Source of the DNA: an uncultured Nitrospiraceae bacterium
GTDB taxonomy: Bacteria > Nitrospirota > Thermodesulfovibrionia > Thermodesulfovibrionales > Dissulfurispiraceae
Length of the DNA: 64,000 nucleotides
Assembly (NCBI GenBank): GCA_963727805.1
Contig: CAVSHF010000005.1
Location: forward strand, 1,088,001-1,152,000
Reading direction: 5' to 3'
In this document: one piece after another, positions 21,091 through 30,182 of the stretch
How positions within the stretch are numbered: the stretch's first letter is position 1
How the letters are laid out: every line of letters starts with the position of its first letter
The notes under the pieces: generated by a model
Told to the model about the DNA's origin: nothing
Database searches by the model: none
What the model saw: the letters and a program-made list of their open reading frames with translations, nothing else
Made by a program: the position numbers and the translations under genes

Positions 21091-22650
21091 ATGGCACGTG
21101 AAGAGAGGCCTGCGGCAAATTGTATCGTTGTTGCAGTAGCACTCATTTTATTGGTCTCAGTAACCTTTGCTTTTCCCGCTGTCGTTGTTTCAGCTGAAGG
21201 GAAAGAAGGGCCGGCAGAGCAACCGGAACTAAGCCCGCAGACGCGGGCCTGTCTCGGCTGTCATAACCGTTACACGCCCGGCATTGTGCAGGATTGGCTT
21301 GCGAGCAGGCATTCACGAACAGTGCCGAGTCAAGCAATGACGCGGCCGCTTCTCGAAAAACGGATCTCTGCCGAAAAACTGCCGGAATCGCTCTCGGGAT
21401 TCCCTGTTGGTTGCTATGAATGCCATAGCCTGAATTCTGCCCGCCACAGGGACAATTTTGATCACTTCGGATTCAAGATTAATGTGGTGGTATCGCCGAA
21501 CGACTGCAGCACCTGTCACCCAGCAGAGGCGAATCAATATTCAGACAGCAAAAAGGCCCATGCTATTAAGAACCTTATGTCCAACCCCATATATCATAAC
21601 CTCGTAGATTATGTGACGGGAATGAAAAAATACGAACAGGGAATATTGATTGCCTCACAGCCGTCCGAAAGTACCCTACATGAGAGCTGTCTTGGCTGTC
21701 ATGGCACCAAAGTCGAGGTGAGTGGCTCCCAGACAATTCCTACAAAGATAGGCGAGATAACAGTACCTAAACTTACTAATTGGCCGAATACGGGCGTCGG
21801 CAGAGAAAATCCTGACAACAGTCTCGGTGCTTGCACCGCATGTCATCCCCGGCATGGCTTCTCCATAGAGGTCGCCAGGAAACCTTACACCTGTTCACAG
21901 TGTCATATCGAGCCGGACGTGCCCGCATGGAATGTCTATGAAGAGAGCAAGCACGGAAACATTTATTCGTCTAAGCACCACGAATGGGACTTCAATGCCG
22001 TGCCGTGGAAAATCGGCCAGGACTTCAAGGCCCCGACCTGCTCGACCTGCCATAATAGTCTTGTTGTCTCGCCCCAGGGAGACGTCATCGCCGAGCGAAG
22101 CCATGACTTCGGCTCCCGTCTGTGGGTGAGGATCTTCGGGCTCATCTACGCCCATCCTCAGCCAAAATCAGGCAACACATCGATTATTAGGAATAAAGAT
22201 GGACTGCCTATGCCGGTCACGTTCAGTGGAGAGCTTGCCTCGGAATATCTCATCGACAAGCCCGAACAAGAGCAGCGCTTCGATAAAATGAAGAACATCT
22301 GTCGGGCATGTCATAGCACAGACTGGGTGAATCGCCATTTCGCTAAATTCGACACCACAATAAAAGAGACAAATGAAATGACTCTCACAGCGACCAAACT
22401 CATGTCAGATGCTTGGCAGAAAGGGATCGAGGACAAGACGAACCCCTTTGATGAACCCATCGAACAAATGTGGGTGAAGGAGTGGCTCTTCTATTCGAAT
22501 TCGGTCCGTTATTCCTCTGCGATGACCGGAGCTCCCGACTATGCAGTCTTTAAAAATGGATGGTGGCATTTAACAAACAATCTTCTGAATATGAGCAGCG
22601 CTATTAACCTGAAATCGAATATCCCTGTGAAGAAACTGGAGGCCAAGTGA
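21091..22650 (+). CDS. Octaheme c-type cytochrome, hydroxylamine oxidoreductase (HAO) family
   Basis: Signal peptide; 8 CxxCH (CLGCH, CYECH, CSTCH, CLGCH, CTACH, CSQCH, CSTCH, CRACH); ESKHG, APTC and PDY motifs. Confidence 0.88.
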   Translation: MAREERPAANCIVVAVALILLVSVTFAFPAVVVSAEGKEGPAEQPELSPQTRACLGCHNRYTPGIVQDWLASRHSRTVPSQAMTRPLLEKRISAEKLPESLSGFPVGCYECHSLNSARHRDNFDHFGFKINVVVSPNDCSTCHPAEANQYSDSKKAHAIKNLMSNPIYHNLVDYVTGMKKYEQGILIASQPSESTLHESCLGCHGTKVEVSGSQTIPTKIGEITVPKLTNWPNTGVGRENPDNSLGACTACHPRHGFSIEVARKPYTCSQCHIEPDVPAWNVYEESKHGNIYSSKHHEWDFNAVPWKIGQDFKAPTCSTCHNSLVVSPQGDVIAERSHDFGSRLWVRIFGLIYAHPQPKSGNTSIIRNKDGLPMPVTFSGELASEYLIDKPEQEQRFDKMKNICRACHSTDWVNRHFAKFDTTIKETNEMTLTATKLMSDAWQKGIEDKTNPFDEPIEQMWVKEWLFYSNSVRYSSAMTGAPDYAVFKNGWWHLTNNLLNMSSAINLKSNIPVKKLEAK

Positions 22651-23219
22651 AAATCGTCGCATTCCAAGGGAGTCCCCGACCCAGCGGCAATACAGAAGTA
22701 CTTTTAGAAGAGGTTCTAAAGCCAGCAGAGAAGGCCATGCATGAGATCATACTATTCAAGCTCAATCTTATGCGCATTAAGCCCTGCCAAGACTGCGGCA
22801 GTTGCGAAAAGACCGGCAAGTGCATCATCGATGATGATATGAATGAGATTTATCCAGCCATACGGGAGGCCGACCGAATCATCCTAGCCTCCCCCATATT
22901 CTTTTTTGCATTGAGTGCCCAGACCAAGACGATGATCGACCGCTGCCAGGCATTCTGGTGCGAGAAATATTTAATGAAACAGACGATCCCTGAAGGACCT
23001 CACGGAAGAAAGGGCCTCCTTATGCTTGTAGGTGGCATGAAAAAAGATATCGGAGTGCAGTGCTCCGAAGCCACAACTAAGGCCTTCTTCCGGACCGTGA
23101 GCGTTCCGCACCACGAGACATTGAGCTTCCTGGGGGTTGATGCCAAAGGTGCAATCCTCGAACATCCAACGGCACTGCGCGATGCGCGGGAGGCGGGAAA
23201 GAAACTTGTTGCAGTGTAA
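22647..23219 (+). CDS. Iron-sulfur flavoprotein / flavodoxin-family protein
   Basis: GSPRPSGNT, CQDCGSC.....C and ASPIFF motifs; GTG start overlaps the upstream stop. Confidence 0.9.
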   Translation: MKIVAFQGSPRPSGNTEVLLEEVLKPAEKAMHEIILFKLNLMRIKPCQDCGSCEKTGKCIIDDDMNEIYPAIREADRIILASPIFFFALSAQTKTMIDRCQAFWCEKYLMKQTIPEGPHGRKGLLMLVGGMKKDIGVQCSEATTKAFFRTVSVPHHETLSFLGVDAKGAILEHPTALRDAREAGKKLVAV

Positions 23220-23476
23220 AACACTACGGTAAAGTGTCGCTGATGGGAAGAATTATTTGCAGTATGACAAAATCGATGATTACCGGAAAACATCTATAGT
23301 TGCTGCTTCGTCGAGTGTCTCTTGAACCACGCTCTTATCCGGATTCTTGAGAAATGCGATTTTTTACCCTGTAATCAATGTCCCCGGCGACTCGCTCAAG
23401 TGCGCTCATGTTTGCCTTCGTATCTGGCGCTGAATGATGAAATGAGATTTTGTGTGCAGAAGTTTTATGAGCGATT

Positions 23477-23713
23477 TCTTATGACATGAGATACAGCGCT
23501 CGTCGCCTATCATCTGGGCCTTCTGTTTTTCGGGGGTCTTTTCCACTCCCTGTCCATGACATTTAAAGCAATTTCGGACCTCAGTTCCTCATGCATTTTA
23601 ACCATCTTTGGGTTCCTGCTATGGCAAGCGTTGCAGCAGAATAGTTCTCAGTCGAATGGTGCGATCCACGCCGCGATCAGTAACATTAAAAGTAACAACG
23701 TCCTCATGGACAT
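23477..23713 (-). pseudogene. Disrupted small triheme c-type cytochrome
   Basis: Minus strand reads MSMRTLLLLMLLIAAWIAPFD*ELFCCNACHSRNPKMVKMHEELRSE, then after a frameshift near 23572 CFKCHGQGVEKTPEKQKAQMIGDERCISCHKK; TGA at 23650-23648. Confidence 0.78.
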
Positions 23714-23741
23714 AATATATGAGTCACTGCTCAATTTGAGT

Positions 23742-23755
23742 ATGATCTAGATCAT
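23742..23755. promoter_or_regulatory. CRP/FNR-family-like palindromic site upstream of nrfA
   Basis: Perfect palindrome ATGATCTAGATCAT, about 85 nt before the nrfA ATG; TGAT-N4-ATCA core as in FNR/CRP boxes. Confidence 0.6.
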
Positions 23756-23840
23756 TTTCTATTTATATTGTTCATTGATAGTATTTAAAAAGATAGGCGA
23801 ATTTAAGCATAAAGAAGCGTCTCTAATAAAGGAGGATACA

Positions 23841-25295
23841 ATGCAGAGAAAGTACCTGGGGGCATTTGTGATTTTCGCTCTGGCGATCGTGTTGTTGTCA
23901 TTATATGGGTGTCACATGCCTAAAGATGAGCCCGTCAAGACAGTGCAGATACCCGATACCACAATAGACCCAGAAGTTTGGGGCAAAGCGTACCCGCCGG
24001 AATACGAGCTATGGAAGAAGACAGCTGAACCGGAACCAGCCGGCAAAAGCAAGTATAAGAGAGGCTTTGATGCAGATGGAATTACGTATGATAAACTAGC
24101 GGAATTCCCTTACATGGCACTGCTCTTTAATGGATGGGGGTTCGGGGTCGAGTACAACGAACCAAGAGGCCATGCAAACATGGTGAGGGATCAGCTTGCA
24201 ATTGATCCTTCGAGGGTGAAAGCCGGTGGCGCTTGCCTCACCTGCAAGACCCCTTATGCTCCACAACTAGTAAAGAAATTGGGGGTGGATTATTTTTCGA
24301 AGCCTTATAAGGAGATTCTGGCGCAGATACCCGAGAAGGACAGGACGTTGGGTGTTGCCTGCATAGATTGCCATGACAACAAGGATATGTCGTTAAAGAT
24401 TTCCAGGGATTTTACGTTGAAGCTAGCCTTAAGAGACATGGGAACCGACCCGGAGAAACTCACAAGGCAGGAGATGCGGAGTGCTGTGTGTGCCCAATGT
24501 CACGTCACTTATGTCGTGCAGAAGGACAAGGAGATGCACTCCGTCAACGTCTTCTTTCCGTGGCAGGGTAGCAAGTGGGGCAACATCACAGTTGAGAATA
24601 TTATCAAAAAAATACGGAGTGACGAGTCGTATAAGGAATGGAAGCAGAATGTTACTGGATTCAAGATGGGATTCATCCGTCATCCGGAGTTCGAACTTTT
24701 CTCCAATAACAGTGTTCATTGGAAGGCTGGTGTGTCTTGTGCCGACTGCCATATGCCTAACACACGAGTTGGAGTCAAGGAAGTTTCTGACCATCGTGTA
24801 ATGAGTCCTCTAAAAAATGATATGAAAGCATGCGCACAGTGTCACACTGAAAGTCCTGAGTGGTTGAAAAGTCAGGTTATAGCCATTCAGGACAGGACTG
24901 TCTCGCTGATGATAAGATCGGGCTATGCCACCGCAACAGTAGCCAAACTTTTCGAAATTACCCACAAGACACAGGAAGCAGGGAAACAAATTGACAAAAC
25001 GCTCTATGCTAAGGCCAAGGATAACTACGAAGAGGCATTCTATCGGTGTGTATTCGTGGGAGCAGAGAACTCTGTTGGTTTCCATAACCCGACGGAGACC
25101 TTGAGAATTCTCAGTGATGCCACAGCCTTTGCAGCCAAAGCCGAAGGATACTTGCGGCAGGCTCTTGCCACAGCAGGCGTGGATGTGCCCATTAAAGTGA
25201 ATCTGGAGTTAAAGAAATATCTTGATGAGAGAGGGGAAAAAAAGCTGAAGGGTAACCCTGCTTTCGAATTCAAGGATCCGATGGGGTTACAGTAA
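23841..25295 (+). CDS. nrfA: Ammonia-forming pentaheme cytochrome c nitrite reductase (lipoprotein-type)
   Basis: Catalytic CLTCK (CxxCK) plus 4 CxxCH; YNEPRGH, CAQCHVTY, IRHPEFE and ENSVGFHNP motifs; LYGC lipobox; start at ATG 23841 after AAGGAGG. Confidence 0.95.
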   Translation: MQRKYLGAFVIFALAIVLLSLYGCHMPKDEPVKTVQIPDTTIDPEVWGKAYPPEYELWKKTAEPEPAGKSKYKRGFDADGITYDKLAEFPYMALLFNGWGFGVEYNEPRGHANMVRDQLAIDPSRVKAGGACLTCKTPYAPQLVKKLGVDYFSKPYKEILAQIPEKDRTLGVACIDCHDNKDMSLKISRDFTLKLALRDMGTDPEKLTRQEMRSAVCAQCHVTYVVQKDKEMHSVNVFFPWQGSKWGNITVENIIKKIRSDESYKEWKQNVTGFKMGFIRHPEFELFSNNSVHWKAGVSCADCHMPNTRVGVKEVSDHRVMSPLKNDMKACAQCHTESPEWLKSQVIAIQDRTVSLMIRSGYATATVAKLFEITHKTQEAGKQIDKTLYAKAKDNYEEAFYRCVFVGAENSVGFHNPTETLRILSDATAFAAKAEGYLRQALATAGVDVPIKVNLELKKYLDERGEKKLKGNPAFEFKDPMGLQ

Positions 25296-25328
25296 GAGTT
25301 CTGACATTGATGCTGAGTAACGCAAACA

Positions 25329-25353
25329 GGAGGAGGCAGGCTTTGCCTCCTCC
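25329..25353 (+). terminator. GC-rich hairpin after nrfA (possible terminator or mRNA stabiliser)
   Basis: GGAGGAGGCA-N5-TGCCTCCTCC, perfect 10 bp stem; no clear U tract. Confidence 0.55.
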
Positions 25354-26141
25354 GATCACATTGTTCGTATAGTTGTTAAAGTTACAGATACTTTCCAGTG
25401 GATCTCTCTTCTGTGAGTGCCTGCGGGAAATGCCTCCTATTTATACTATTCACCGAGGTGATCGCGATGTTTTCTCAACATTTCTTTCGCTATCCACACA
25501 AAAACAAGACTGGGTAATTCAGTGTCCGTCAGGGCAGTACGATCCATTCCAGTGAGAAGTGAAGAATTGAGTTTACAATTCCTGTAAACTCATTAGTGAG
25601 TTATGCAAATTATATTTAGTACTCCGCAACATGATTTATTATATGAAGAGATCCAAGTTCTAGGCGGAAGTTTCTGCACGCTCGCTCGGAGAGGAGAGGT
25701 ATATGCTTTCAATCGGGCTCAACATCTTTAGGTATAGATGATAATGCGAATGATTTGTCTGCAAGCACGAACAAAAAAAGCCATCTTATGAAATACGACA
25801 TTCTTGTCATCTTATCCGCTCATTGATCTGAGTATGCATCAAGCGGAGTCACAACTCTTTATTTGATGATATCAAGGAATTGTTGATGGTGAATAAAATA
25901 ACTTTTGACCAATAAGTTATTAACCAGCATTGAACATTAACCCACGTGCGGCGTATAAGGGGTGTAATGATGTAAAGGACAATCACATCAACTGCCTGCC
26001 TCAGAAAAAATGTTTCTGCGACTATCATGCCGGACCAAAAGTTGTTATCATGTGAGTATCAAACTTAAATTCACATAAAGAAGTAATCGGCGCAATCCTC
26101 TTTCCTATTCAAGTAATAACATTACCGAGAGGTCGTAAAAT

Positions 26142-26948
26142 ATGATAAAGATAATCATATCTGTATCATTGCTGGGTTTCCTTTTAGGACTGCCGGTAAC
26201 CGGCATGTCTGGCGAGATGTTTCAGGATATGAAGGAGAATGAGCATATCAACAGGAAATACGAACGCGCCGTGGAATTTTTCACGCATAAGATGCCTGCT
26301 GATTTCGAGTCCCGGCGCAACAATTCTTTCAGGTATATCGATATCATCAAGACGATATTCGGCGAAAAAGGGATTCCCGATGAAATGGCATATCTTCCCT
26401 TTATCGAGAGCGGCTTTTCGCCTGTTGCGGTGAGTCCAGGAGATGCGGCAGGCCTCTGGCAATTCATGAAGGTCACGGCAGGAAAGTACGGCTTGAGGAT
26501 GGATGCTTATGTCGATGAGCGGAAGGACCCCGTTAAATCGACTTATGCGGCGGCTGATTATTTAAGCGACCTCTACTCCATGTTCGGTGAATGGGACATC
26601 GTACTCGCTGCCTATAATGCGGGCGAAGGAAAAATAAGACGCATTATGGCAAAAAATAATTCAGCCAAACCACGTTTCGCTGCCGTCATCAATCGGTACA
26701 TTGCCCGCCTTCTTGCCGTCTTCACGATTGCAGAAGAACCTGAGAGGTACGGCTTTGCTTCTAGCGATACGGCTAAAATAGACATTGTCACCTTTAAAGA
26801 AATAACCACACTGACGCGTACTAGTCTTGGGAAAATAGCCAAGCGATACAGCACTACGGTCAATACTATCAGGGATTTAAATCCAGCACTGATCGGTAAC
26901 GAGACTCCACCTTACCAATATGTAATCCGGGTCCCGATAGATTACTAG
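26142..26948 (+). CDS. Lytic transglycosylase (SLT/MltD-like) with a C-terminal LysM-like segment
   Basis: IESGF, AAGLWQFM, DERKDP and LAAYNAG motifs; C-terminal IAKRY....IRDLNP. Confidence 0.9.
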   Translation: MIKIIISVSLLGFLLGLPVTGMSGEMFQDMKENEHINRKYERAVEFFTHKMPADFESRRNNSFRYIDIIKTIFGEKGIPDEMAYLPFIESGFSPVAVSPGDAAGLWQFMKVTAGKYGLRMDAYVDERKDPVKSTYAAADYLSDLYSMFGEWDIVLAAYNAGEGKIRRIMAKNNSAKPRFAAVINRYIARLLAVFTIAEEPERYGFASSDTAKIDIVTFKEITTLTRTSLGKIAKRYSTTVNTIRDLNPALIGNETPPYQYVIRVPIDY

Positions 26949-27202
26949 GGTTGTTTTTGCGTGCAGCAGCGGATCCGTCACTGTGTGGAAGTGCAAGTGG
27001 AATAACTGATCATTAATCAAACGCATTTCTCAAATAAAGTAGTCTCAATTCATCTGCCGCTGCTTGTTTGGCTTATACCTTTAGCCATACAGGTAGTGAA
27101 CACGAAGATATTGCGGCAGTGACGGTACTACTGAAGGAATAGTTGAAGTAAGTCTTGCAGGAGCATATTTATAGTTAACTTTATTAACAGGACTATCCGC
27201 GA

Positions 27203-27961
27203 ATGAACATCATTTTCCATGACGCTTTCTATAAAGAGTATGATTATGATCCGGCTGCTGCCCCCGGTCGGATGGAACCCATCATTCGGGAGCTGACAAA
27301 ACACCCCCAGTACAAATTTGTTACGCCTATGCCGGCCGGCGAAGAGGACCTTCTGCGAGCGCATTCTGCTGCGCATATCTCATACATTCGGGAGTCACCC
27401 ACTATCTATGAGATGGCGATTCTCGCTGCTGGGGGAGCAATCAAGGCGGCTGAACTTGCCTTCGACGGTGAACCTTCCTTTGGCTGCATCCGCCCTCCGG
27501 GACACCACGCTTCTGCTGACAGCTGCTGGGGATTCTGTTTTTTTAACAACATGGCGGTTTCTCTTCTGAGGCTTAAGGCTGAGGGAAAGATCAACTCTGC
27601 CTTTGTTTTGGACTTCGACCTTCACAGGGGAGATGGAAACATTAATATCCTTGGCCGTGAAAAAGGATTTAAAATTCTGAATCCTACCAGCATGGCAGAG
27701 GACGATTACCTCCGTGAGATTGCGTCTATTTTGGAGAAAACCGGGGACTGTGATATCATCGCTGCCTCGGCAGGCTTTGACGAGTATGTGAAGGACTGGG
27801 GTGAAAAACTTTCTACGCTTGCATATCAAGAGATCGGAAAGATGATAAAGGAATTTTCTGATAAGCACTGCGGTGGCAGACGGTATGCGCTTTTAGAAGG
27901 AGGTTACTATTACGAGGATTTGGGGCTGAACATTCATGCCTTCTGCGACGGCTTCAGATGA
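27203..27961 (+). CDS. Histone deacetylase family amidohydrolase
   Basis: RPPGHHA, GFCFFNN, DFDLHRGDG, AGFD and LEGGY motifs. Confidence 0.92.
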   Translation: MNIIFHDAFYKEYDYDPAAAPGRMEPIIRELTKHPQYKFVTPMPAGEEDLLRAHSAAHISYIRESPTIYEMAILAAGGAIKAAELAFDGEPSFGCIRPPGHHASADSCWGFCFFNNMAVSLLRLKAEGKINSAFVLDFDLHRGDGNINILGREKGFKILNPTSMAEDDYLREIASILEKTGDCDIIAASAGFDEYVKDWGEKLSTLAYQEIGKMIKEFSDKHCGGRRYALLEGGYYYEDLGLNIHAFCDGFR

Positions 27962-28338
27962 TATTGAGATCCAGTATTTCATAATCAATTCACGAGTAAA
28001 TGCAGCAACCTTGCAAGTGCCGCTCATGTAAGAAGTGTCCTACAATCTCCACACTGTCAAGACTCAGGGAAGATGCACGCTTTGGAAAAAGGGTCTTTAT
28101 GCGATATTTTTCCCTCTTCTAAACGCTCATTGACATCAGTCAAAACAGTTTGTTTTTCCAGGGAAGAAAATCTCTGTAGGGTGCGCGGCGTTAGGTGTCC
28201 ACGGCGAGTTGCTCTTGACCAAACCTACAATTTCCCCTAAACTCTGATAAAAAGACTCATGCAATATCAAATATCATGTTGGGCGGAATACTAGAATGAT
28301 TATCTTCATAAAATGCTTTCCCTGATATACTGGGCAAA

Positions 28339-28821
28339 GTGAAGAGTATAGAGCATTCAAAACGTGGTCTTCATGTCGTCGCTATCTTTGAAGCGACCAA
28401 AGGACTGCTTGTTTTAGTTACCGGCTTTGGCTTGCTCTCATTTCTTCATAAAGACCTTCACATGGCGGCCGAGCAGCTTGTTAGACACTTGCATATAAAT
28501 CCCGCCAGACACTATCCCATTATTTTCATCGATGCAGCCAATCATTTGGACGACATGCACCTCTGGGTACTGGCCTTTTCAGCTCTGCTCTACTCAACAG
28601 TTCGCTTCGTCGAAGCTTTTGGTTTGTGGAAACAGCGACAGTGGGCTGAATGGTTCGCTCTTTTGACCGGTGGAATGTACATTCCTGTCGAGCTATTCGC
28701 GATTATTCGCAGAGTGACTTGGCCGAAAGTTGCCATATTTATCGTTAATCTGGGCATTGTGGGATATATGGGTTATGTCTTATACCGATCAAGGCAACAT
28801 CGTAAAGGGGCCCGACACTAA
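28339..28821 (+). CDS. DUF2127 membrane protein
   Basis: VAIFEATKG, RFVEAFGLW..RQWAEW and YIPVE motifs. Confidence 0.8.
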   Translation: MKSIEHSKRGLHVVAIFEATKGLLVLVTGFGLLSFLHKDLHMAAEQLVRHLHINPARHYPIIFIDAANHLDDMHLWVLAFSALLYSTVRFVEAFGLWKQRQWAEWFALLTGGMYIPVELFAIIRRVTWPKVAIFIVNLGIVGYMGYVLYRSRQHRKGARH

Positions 28822-29110
28822 TTGCTCAACATGCAAGAGATTAACTGAACTGCATAATGCTGATTCTTTCTGGGATGTGCAATTATTTTCGGAATTGGTG
28901 ATTCCTGCGGGTTATAACGGTTTACGAATAGGCGCCGTTTGTGCAACAGTTCTTCATGAAGTCAACGTTTTGATTTCTGTCAATATGTTGCGTATCACTA
29001 CCAAACTGCCAAAGACCAGAGTCGCTGTATTCGGTTCTTTTCTACAGTCGCACCGACAGCACTTCCTGATTGAAAGGGTATAATTAAAAAGGCGTTAAGG
29101 ATTACTATTA

Positions 29111-29752
29111 ATGATGACAAAAAATAAATTTACACACAAAAGCACTATTATTGTCTCTTTCCTGATTATTTTAATTTTACTAGTCTTCCTTCATGCGCTC
29201 ATATTAAATTATATGGCAGGAGCACTTGTGTATAAGGATGATATAAAACCAAGTGACGCCATTGTTGTACTAGTGGGTGATCGAACTGGGGAACGCCTTA
29301 TGACTGGCATAGACTTGTTCAAGAGGGGATACGCGGGGAAAATAGTATTTTGGGGTGGTCCTATTTACTGGAAGATACCCTATGCAGAACTCTATTTAAG
29401 GCAAATGAAAGAAAGTGGCATTAAGTCGGAGCTTGCAGTATGGTCCGAAGAAAGCCTTTCCGAATTTAGTACTGAGGGAGAAGCCTTAGTAGACATTAGA
29501 TTACTTAGAGAAATGGGTGCAAAATCGTTTATTTTAGTCACTTCTGATTATCATACGGCACGGGCAAAAACTGTTTTTGCTCCACTTGCCAATAAGAATG
29601 GAATGACGATGTATGTCTATCCTTCACAAGATTCAACTGTCAGTCTACGAAACTGGTGGAAAGATCGAGAAAGTGCAAAAAATATTTTATTGGAAATTCA
29701 AAAAACGATATGGTATAAATTGTTTCAAAATTTCCGCAAAGAGCATGCTTAA
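29111..29752 (+). CDS. YdcF/DUF218 family protein
   Basis: N-terminal TM; DAIVVL.G, ST.GEA and LVTSDYHTAR motifs. Confidence 0.85.
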   Translation: MMTKNKFTHKSTIIVSFLIILILLVFLHALILNYMAGALVYKDDIKPSDAIVVLVGDRTGERLMTGIDLFKRGYAGKIVFWGGPIYWKIPYAELYLRQMKESGIKSELAVWSEESLSEFSTEGEALVDIRLLREMGAKSFILVTSDYHTARAKTVFAPLANKNGMTMYVYPSQDSTVSLRNWWKDRESAKNILLEIQKTIWYKLFQNFRKEHA

Positions 29753-30126
29753 GATATCACTCAAACGATTCATCTATATTGAAGTTTAGTCTTACTATCC
29801 GGTAACAAATTCAGGGAATAGGTAGCTCCCCACGGGGGGAACTCCGAAGCTTCCCCATATAATGTGTCTGATTCCAGTTGAATGCCGTATAAACATCAGT
29901 AGCGTGTCAGTGCGTTTTTTCTTGGATTATTGCATCTCGGATAACCACTGCTAACTGTCAAAAGCGCGTTTTCGCCTGTTGTGTATAACCCCACTGGTGT
30001 CTGAGTCGCGACATTTCCGACCACTTACCCTTGGTAAAGTTGGAGCATGATTAGGAGGGCCTGCACTTCAATCAGGCAGGCCTTTCCCAAGGGCGAAAGA
30101 CCACGTTATTTAATTAAAGCCTCCAT

Positions 30127-30158
30127 AAAAATAAGGAGAGAGCGGCATCGCTCTCTCC
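30127..30158 (-). terminator. Rho-independent terminator of the mtrAB-like operon
   Basis: Minus strand GGAGAGAGCG-ATGC-CGCTCTCTCC followed by TTATTTTT. Confidence 0.8.
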
Positions 30159-30182
30159 CTGCTAGAAGGTTCAAAACTCTTC

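Noticed and set aside
23648..23650. In-frame TGA read as selenocysteine
   Set aside because: It lies at the signal-peptide boundary rather than a Cys-equivalent site, and a separate frameshift follows, so pseudogenisation is the simpler explanation.
25620..25650. dif/Xer-like site (ACTCCGCAACATGATTTATTATATGAAG)
   Set aside because: Both arms and the spacer deviate too far from the XerC/XerD consensus.
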